A model generated the notes under the pieces. The model was not told the origin of the DNA. It did not search any database and saw nothing but the letters and a program-made list of their open reading frames with translations. A program made the position numbers and the translations under genes. A stretch of DNA of 64,000 nucleotides from assembly GCA_951406725.2 (NCBI GenBank), contig OX597815.1, positions 39,494,001-39,558,000 of the forward strand, written 5' to 3'. The number at the start of each line of letters is the position of its first letter. The stretch's first letter is position 1. The DNA comes from Octopus vulgaris. Its lineage: Eukaryota. Positions 54,023 to 64,000 of the stretch are shown here, in pieces.

Positions 54023-54141
54023 ATGGCTACCGAATAATTGTCACATATTACATTTACAAATAAATTCCTCTAATTACATAAAATCGAGGTCTCTTTCATT
54101 CTTTTGTCGTCTTACCATTTCTATCAATATATATATATATA

Positions 54142-54187
<46 letters not shown>

Positions 54188-54299
54188 CATACATACATAC
54201 ATACATACATACATACATACATACATACATACACATATATATTTATATGAATATATATATAAGTATATATATATATATACATACATACATATATGTATG

Positions 54300-54379
<80 letters not shown>

Positions 54380-55296
54380 CACACACACACACAATTGTGA
54401 ATTTTTAAATATATGAAATAACAGCCATATATTTGAGTCGATTCTTCTTAAATAAAGTTATAATCTTTGCCGAAGTTAGAAATCAATATTAAAATCTTGA
54501 ATCCTCACTCGGGCAGAATGCCACAAATCTAGAGTGGAAGAAGTATAAAATTGTGTAGTGTTCATAAACCGCAGCCGCCATTCTAGAATATGGTGACTGG
54601 AAAATATAAACGAATCAGAAGACAATTTTGCTAAAACCAGAAACAGGGTGTTATTACAGAAAACGGCAGACATTTACGAACTGAGACGGAAAGCCGACTC
54701 TGATTCCCTTTGAAGCAAATTTCTTTAATTTAAGGCACCAATTCATTTGGTGAATGGCATAAACATCACAGAATCTCATCATAATCCTATCAAAATTATG
54801 GTTTTCAGTGTGCTTAGATGGAAATCAATTTATTAACACTATATAGGTAATGAATTTTTAGTACTTTATCTTATATTCAGCTAATTGATCAACGCCGACT
54901 ATTATGGTAAAGGGGGAGGGAAAATCACAATGGAAGATATACAAAAACATCAAAAAATTATCTCCAAAGAAAGCGAAGCAGAAGAAGATAAGCCAGTTAA
55001 AGAAAATGAATAAGATTTGAAGTCAGAAGCTATAAAAATAGGTGGTAATAAATTCGGATTGACAGTGAGTTATTTAGTATCAGTTACTAGACGAGAGCGG
55101 TGGGTAAACGAGGCAGGGGGAAATAATTGAGACGATCGCAATTATTGCTGCCATTTTATCAGTAAGTCTCATTTTCTCAACATCTCCAATGTATATATAA
55201 TGTATACACACGTACATATACGTAAGTGCGTGTATATGTGTATTCATGCGTGTTTGTGTGTGTGTGTATGTATGTACATGTATGTATATATATATT

Positions 55297-55361
<65 letters not shown>

Positions 55362-55427
55362 TATATATATATATACACACACTCAAACATACATACATCC
55401 CTACATACATATATACATACATACATG

Positions 55428-55499
<72 letters not shown>

Positions 55500-55500
55500 A

Positions 55501-55558
<58 letters not shown>

Positions 55559-55568
55559 GTATATATAT

Positions 55569-55616
<48 letters not shown>

Positions 55617-56305
55617 CAGTATCTGAAAACCGCCAGGGATTCATTCTGTGAGATATTGTTCTCAGCTCTATTTCATCCCATCACTTCATCACTTTTCAAC
55701 AAGTACACAAAGGAAACGAATCACTAAGTAGATGTGATTGATGAGAAAATTCAGTGCAGTGCAATCAATTTTCAACCAAAACTTTATAACAACTTGTATA
55801 ATTGAACAAGTTGATCGAACTAACAAACATTAAGAGATGAGGACAAAAGATTTATTTCTATGCCAGAATAAAATTTATTGTTTTTGTTTTCTTCTTCAGT
55901 TTCATGGTTCTTGATCGATTTCTTTAATCAATTGTTTTATTTCTTTTCAATTTTGCCAAAAAAATGACACCAAACTATCCTCGGCCAAGTTATATATATA
56001 GATACCACCCGGAGGCATAGTTTTAAGTAGTGAGTATATTACTTAAACCGATAAGTACAACTATATTTTTATGCTCTCAGTTCAAATCTTCTCTTTATCA
56101 TGCGAGCAGGCAGATGAAAACTTTTTCACAGTCCCCTCTCTTGAATCAAGACTGAAAATGAAGTTTTCAGAGAATATCACTACTTCTCAAATATTACATT
56201 ATTACACAATTGCTAACTCATCAAATTAAATACTGCATCGAATATAATATTGATTTATTTATAGTAATTCATCATTTAAGTAGCATTTACTTTTCAGTAT
56301 ACAAA

Positions 56306-57400
56306 CAGTGGTGGCGCCAGTGTTTTATAACAAACCTGGCAAGTTTAAGGGCGAGCAAAGTTTTATATATGATAATTTATATATATAATAAATCAAATTC
56401 AAAATTCATTTCTTAATGCAATCGTAAAGTTAAATATAAAAAATGAAGCATTAAAGATGGTAATGTCTGTTACGAATTACAATAACACAAAAAATATACA
56501 GCGATAGTTCTCCTATTTTGGTGAAACGAAAGACAATGTTTTCAATATTCAAGTTTCCATCAAGTCGCCTTTTTGTGACAATTGTATCTAGTGTGCTCCG
56601 TCTGTTGTCCATGGTGCTATTTTGTAGATAGTTCATGACTATTCACTAATGGGAAAAAAACTACGTTCACAACCCACATAGCTTACGCGCAGCGTTATAT
56701 CAATTTGAAAGAGTTGGAACAATTCAAACAAAACATCCCTGTAGTAACGAAAAAAAAAAAATGAAGCAACTTGGTCAGATAGTTCAAAGTGCGTGACTTC
56801 CACTCGATGATACGCTTTACACCATGGCAATTTGCTTTCAGGTCGTTCAGCCGTAAAATTTCTACCATAAATTTGAAACCATTAATGTTGAGAAACCGGT
56901 CGCTTTTGATATAAAGAAATGAAAAAACTTTTCATTTTAACAGCATAAACTACTGATGTGGACCGAGCAATGAACAGGCTGATTTGTTGCAGTAAGGCCA
57001 AAACTTCTTTCACAGCCTCTACATTTTTATATAATTAACCACTACCAATCTGGATCGGTGGGTGTAGCAGAGGCATCAACAATAAATGAGACAATGACAC
57101 GTAACTTTGCTTGAGTACCAGCTATTTTTCAATTCATTGCCGAGATGCCTTCTTAGCATTGAAAGACACATAACTGGTCGTCACACTGTAAAAGTGATTC
57201 AGAATTAAGTTCAGGAGTATCTCCATGTCTAATAAATTCTTAACTGCGAACATTGTCAAAAATGTAACTCAAAAAAAAGGGAAGCAGTTCATTTTTAGAA
57301 CTGTCCATTGTTTCATCCAAAATTAATCCAAATTATCCTGACTTAAATACTTAATCTATTTCTTCTTTGATCATTGACGTCATGACAGAAAGAAATTTGT
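56306..57400 (-). pseudogene. Heavily decayed hAT transposon
   Basis: FGLILDETMDSSKNELL (~57285-57335); TLRVSYVGCERSF..NYLQNSTM (hATC dimerisation domain-like); CAGTGGTGGCGCCAG terminus. Confidence 0.7.
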
Positions 57401-59149
57401 CGTGAATATTGTGTAGTAAATATTTTGCATTTAGGGGCTCCTCCGTTAGTCACTCCCTGACGATAGGGTCGTGGTTCGATATATGGTCTATTGTTTCTTC
57501 CACATTGCCATTTCTGAGACATCATGTTTATATCCTTGTTTAAGAAACCTGTTGGAGTGCCGTTACTCATAAACCAGATAGGTATTGCCTGTTTTTACAT
57601 CAACTTCGTTGGTCATGTATGATGTAATTTTTTCCCCTCTAAAGGTTTTGGTAATCTCTCCGAGCAGAAGCAAATGTGATACGGAATTGGAATCACCGGT
57701 GGACAGCGAACGCTGCCAGCAGCATATTCCAATCGAGGAGGGGTTTTTTTTTTATTAAATGCCTTGCCCAGAAAATGTCGAAAGCGAAAAACGTTGTATT
57801 CTATTCATGGACGTCATTCATAAAACTTTAAATCGAAATTCCGACAATTTGAGCCAAAAAACACTTGGGGAAATTTCTTTTGTGATTGACAGGATATTTA
57901 TATTTGTGGTTTTTTCTTGTTCTGTACATTTTACCTGTTCCCTGTGTTTAATTTGTTCTGTTTCGTTGTAACTCCACGCTGATATGTTTGCGTGACTGCA
58001 CATTTTGTCGTCAACATCCCGAAAAAATAGCATGTGTTGTCAATATTTGTAAACAACACATGTTATGTTTCCGGTAATTTTCTTTCAGGTAAATAGATGT
58101 TTATGTTAATTTAAAAGGTTTATCCAAAAAAAATCTTAGTTAGCTGTTATTTTTAGCTAACAACAGAACCACCTCAATGCTAAATGACAAAAAGAAACGA
58201 GTAAAAAAACATTTAAGCATTCAATATGCATTTAACGCAAATGCGATAAACAACACGTAACATGCGATAAAAACATTACAATTTTTAACAGAAAGATTTG
58301 GAAGAATTAGATAAAAGTTCTCCGGTAATTTTTTAACTTGTAAATAAATGTTTATATTAATTTTAAAAATTACCAGCAAAATCTTATAAGATGACAATGT
58401 TCCAAAAGATGTACATGTTTATATGTTACATATGAAAATAAGCGTGTACAAAATATACTTAAAAACGAACATTTAATCATTAAAAAAACAAACATTTAAC
58501 TTTCGGTTTTAATTTTAAAAATACCTTCTTCTGTTTTCAATGTTACCATAACAAACGAAGTTACTGGAGCTTACTGCCATAATCACACAGAACACAGAAC
58601 AATTTGTCAACACGTGCTTCCTCGCAGATAAAAGACTTTTCAAAGACTGCTTGGATTCCCTTGTTACTATGGCAACAGCCACGTTGAGAGACAAAAGAGT
58701 TCTCATATTCCGCTTCTTACTATCTAAACGGGCGTGAATGTGTCTGCGGTTTACGAATGGCTAAAATTACCAAAATTTTCAAACTTCAATTGCTAATAAC
58801 TTTTTTTATATTGATTTATAATGAAAATTACTTTCACGTCATTCATCAGCCTATAAAAGTGTATCATTACACTGAATAAGAAATCAATTGGAACAGGATT
58901 GATGCTGGCAGCCAAACCGATAAGATCCTGTCTTAGTCGGAAGAGTTAATTATTTTCCGTTCCCGTTCCGTTAAGATTTTTGCTGCATGAAGGAAGAGAA
59001 TATAACCGTTTATGTATATTACATTTTCCGATGCAGACGAACACAACTTTCTCCCGTTTAGCACTATACTATCTCAACTAGTCGAATAACAGCGCACAGA
59101 CTAGATTGAAATTCGGTCTAGTCACCTACTCTGTTGATAATTTTCTGAA

Positions 59150-59480
59150 GCTCCAGTATGTATCAAATTTTTTATTTTACCGTGTTTGGTCGTACTTCTG
59201 CTGCCGTTTACATAAATGATGAAGAGAATGGGATCGATACTAATGACTTTTTGCTGGGTGGTCACGCACTTTGAACTATCTGACCGAGTTGCTTCATATG
59301 TTGCGTTAATTTTATCAGCCAACACAACCCATTGCAAAACCTTTACACGGAATCTTATATTGGATAGTTTTCCCAACATAAGACCTTGCTGAAGACAAAG
59401 TACACGGCATGTATGTTAGAACTCTCTCCCAAAGTATTTAAAATATCATCAAAATGGTGTTCAACAGACCCTCACACTGC
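59150..59480 (-). pseudogene. CR1/L2-like reverse transcriptase fragment
   Basis: QQKVISIDPILFIIYVN resembles the PQGSVLGPxLFxIYIN motif. Confidence 0.5.
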
Positions 59481-59654
59481 AAAAACCATGCATTTCAGAT
59501 TATTTATTCAGCTCGGCGTTTATGCGCAATATCAGTGAATGTATTATACATTGTCTCCTATATCGGGATGAGAAATCTCGTCTAGGCATGTGACTGGTTG
59601 TGTGTACACGTCATTCATAAGGTTCAACAAGGCTGAAATGCAGCTAGCTTTCTT

Positions 59655-61355
<1,701 letters not shown>

Positions 61356-61395
61356 CTTGGAAATGTAAGCGTGACATTCAATCAAATAATAATAT

Positions 61396-61455
<60 letters not shown>

Positions 61456-61478
61456 TATACATACATTCATACATACAT

Positions 61479-61541
<63 letters not shown>

Positions 61542-61674
61542 ACACACACACATATATATATATATACGGAGTTTCTACCCTTGGCATGTACCTTCAACCG
61601 TGTTTTCTGACGTGAATTTGCTACCCAGGTATCGGTTAACCGAATTATCAATACTAGGATAATTCATTCACCTA

Positions 61675-61745
<71 letters not shown>

Positions 61746-61839
61746 AATTGAATAAATGACAAAGGAACTGTTATAAGATATAATACACTCAATTATGAGT
61801 GCGTTGCATCCCAAGATCACCACGGAGTAGGTCTTAATT

Positions 61840-62352
61840 GCAAATGGACTTTCTGACCAGCAGAACACCTGACCCTTCCATAAGAATCGAAAAAACAAGC
61901 GCTCCAATCTGGTCAGAATTTTATTGGAACAAGATACGACGGCCAGACGGTAGTACACAACCGAGGCGATGTATACATTCGCTACTTCTGCCTGGCCTAT
62001 CAAAGATAGCTTCCTTTCTGCCCATTTCTGGGTGCCCTTGCGTATCCTGACCATCACCTCGTCCCAGTTGTTAAATATCTAACGGTCTGGTCCAAACCAG
62101 ACTCCGAACACTTTCACCGGACCATCTGTCCAGCGACAGAAATTGCCGCTAGTCAACATTGATTTGCCGCTCCAAGAGCCTAGTTGCAAACCCACTGATT
62201 TGTCATAGTTTATGTGCGGCCCTATATACACCTGATATTCTTTCAGCATTGTGTCATTCGTTTCTAACTCCGAAGATCCCGAAACCATAACAGTGAAGTC
62301 GTCCGCGTATGCAGACACACCTCTCCTGTGGCCTAGGGCCAGCGGGATATCC
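61840..62352 (-). mobile_element. Diverged Tx1/L1-clade RT fragment
   Basis: SAYADD..KSVGLQLGSW; WAERKLSLIGQAEVANVYIAS..FLWKG. Confidence 0.8.
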
Positions 62353-62354
62353 CT

Positions 62355-62505
62355 CTACGTTCTGAGTTAAATTCCGCCGAAGTCGACTTTGCCTTTCATC
62401 CCTTTCGGGGGTCGATAAAATAAGTACCAATAGAGCACTGAGGTCGATGTAATCAACTTGACCCCTTCCCTATCATTGTTGGCCTTGTGGCAAAATTTGA
62501 AACCA
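62355..62505 (+). mobile_element. Family B SINE, 5'-truncated
   Basis: GTCGACTTTGCCTTTCATCCCTTTCGGGGGTCGATAAAATAAGTACCA. Confidence 0.75.
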
Positions 62506-62847
62506 ATATTTATAATGCTGCTAGTAGTGACTGCGAAGTTTTACCACTGGCGGCTTTTTCAAACTCAATAGTGACCACTGGCTAAATTATGCGTATGTAT
62601 ATATGTATGTCTATCTGTATGTATGTGTATGTGTGTGTGCGTACTTTCTCTCTCTCTCTCTTTCTATCTCTTCCTCCCCCTCTCTCTTTCTCTCTCTATT
62701 TCTATATCTCCTTCCTACTCTCTCATATTACACGAAAGTTCGCCAAGTTCTTTTAGAAAGGTTTGATGCTTTCCCGTCCGGTTGGCATTTGCCAACTTTT
62801 AACACGGATGCAAATTTCAGGCGTACGCTCATATATATTCACAAAGA

Positions 62848-62881
<34 letters not shown>

Positions 62882-63042
62882 TACACGCGCGCGCGCACGT
62901 ACACACACACGTACAAAACATATATTTTCTTCTCTTTCCTTTTTTCTTCTTACACACATTCACGAATTTACATTCACTGATCGCATTTCCACGCACACAT
63001 GCACAACACAAGCACGCCTCACACACTCACAAACATGCGCTC

Positions 63043-63278
63043 ATGTATGTATGTATGTATGTATGTATATATGTATGTGTGTATGTATGTATGTATATAT
63101 GTATGTATGTGTGTGTGTATTTATGTATGTATGCATGTATGTATGTATGTATGTATGTATGTATGTGTGTATTTATGTATGTATGTATGTATGTATGTGT
63201 GTATTTATGTATGTATCATGTATGTATGTATGTATGTATGTATGTATGTATGTATGTGTGTATGTATGTATGTATGTG

Positions 63279-63309
<31 letters not shown>

Positions 63310-63459
63310 GTGTATTTATGTATGTATGCATGTATGTATGTATCATGTATGTATGTATGTATGTGTGTATTTATGTATGTATGCATGTATGTATCATGTA
63401 TGTATGTATGTATGTATGTATGTATGTATGTGTGTATAACGTATATGTACGTATGTATG

Positions 63460-63493
<34 letters not shown>

Positions 63494-63745
63494 TAACGTA
63501 TGTATGTACGTATGTATGTATATATGCATGTATGTATGTATGTATGTATGCATGTGTGTATAACGTATGTATGTACGTATGTATGTATGTATATATGTAT
63601 GTATGTATATTTGTATGTATGTATGTATGTATGTATGTATGTATGTATGTATGTGTGTATTTACGAGTGTATTTGAATGTTGTATGTATATATAAATTCG
63701 TGTGTATATGTATATATGCTTGTATGTATGTATATATGATATGTA
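63043..63745. repeat. Complex (TATG)n microsatellite
   Basis: Direct reading. Confidence 0.95.
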
Positions 63746-63824
63746 CGTACTCCTAAACACACATTCATACGTACATATGTCGTACAAGCACTTACATATA
63801 TAATTGTAGACAAGACAGAACAAC

Positions 63825-63871
<47 letters not shown>

Positions 63872-64000
63872 GAAGGGCGTAAAAGAAAGTGAGTGAGAAG
63901 GAGAAAGTATGACAGAGAACTTCTCGTGTCGCATTTTGCAGTTAATTCTCTCCACATTTTTCCTTAGCTTTGTCCTTTAATAGGATTGTCACTTACAAAA

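Noticed and set aside
54930-55012. Short K/E-rich ORF MEDIQKHQK...
   Set aside because: Under 30 aa, low complexity, no splice or homology support
61563-61605. Minus-strand TTGAAGG-TAC..GTA-GAAACTCCGTA
   Set aside because: Two core mutations and no stem I; at best a dead hammerhead remnant

Overview
AT-rich, microsatellite-saturated eukaryotic non-genic DNA; the SINE and simple-repeat content suggests an octopus/cephalopod genome (inference). I find no intact host gene, and most ORF-track entries are translated (TA)n/(CA)n/(GATA)n/(TATG)n repeats. The window is a mosaic of transposon remnants: three tRNA-type SINE families; Tx1/L1, R4/Dong, RTE and CR1 LINE fragments; a Gypsy gag-protease scrap; mariner, DD37D (maT), Tigger and hAT remnants; a decayed Helitron Rep/helicase with non-autonomous derivatives; and three GG-ended MITEs with 8-bp TSDs, two of which carry TTAGGG tracts. 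The signal not explained by ORFs is about ten type I hammerhead-ribozyme-like motifs, several inside ~470-bp tandem or inverted non-coding units (Penelope pLTR / retrozyme-like). One pair covaries in all three stems, one insertion starts exactly at the predicted cleavage site, and a CCGANGA core variant recurs. Two Tx1-like LINE copies sit inside (GATA)n arrays, suggesting a GATA-targeting family. All calls are by eye; no database search was run.
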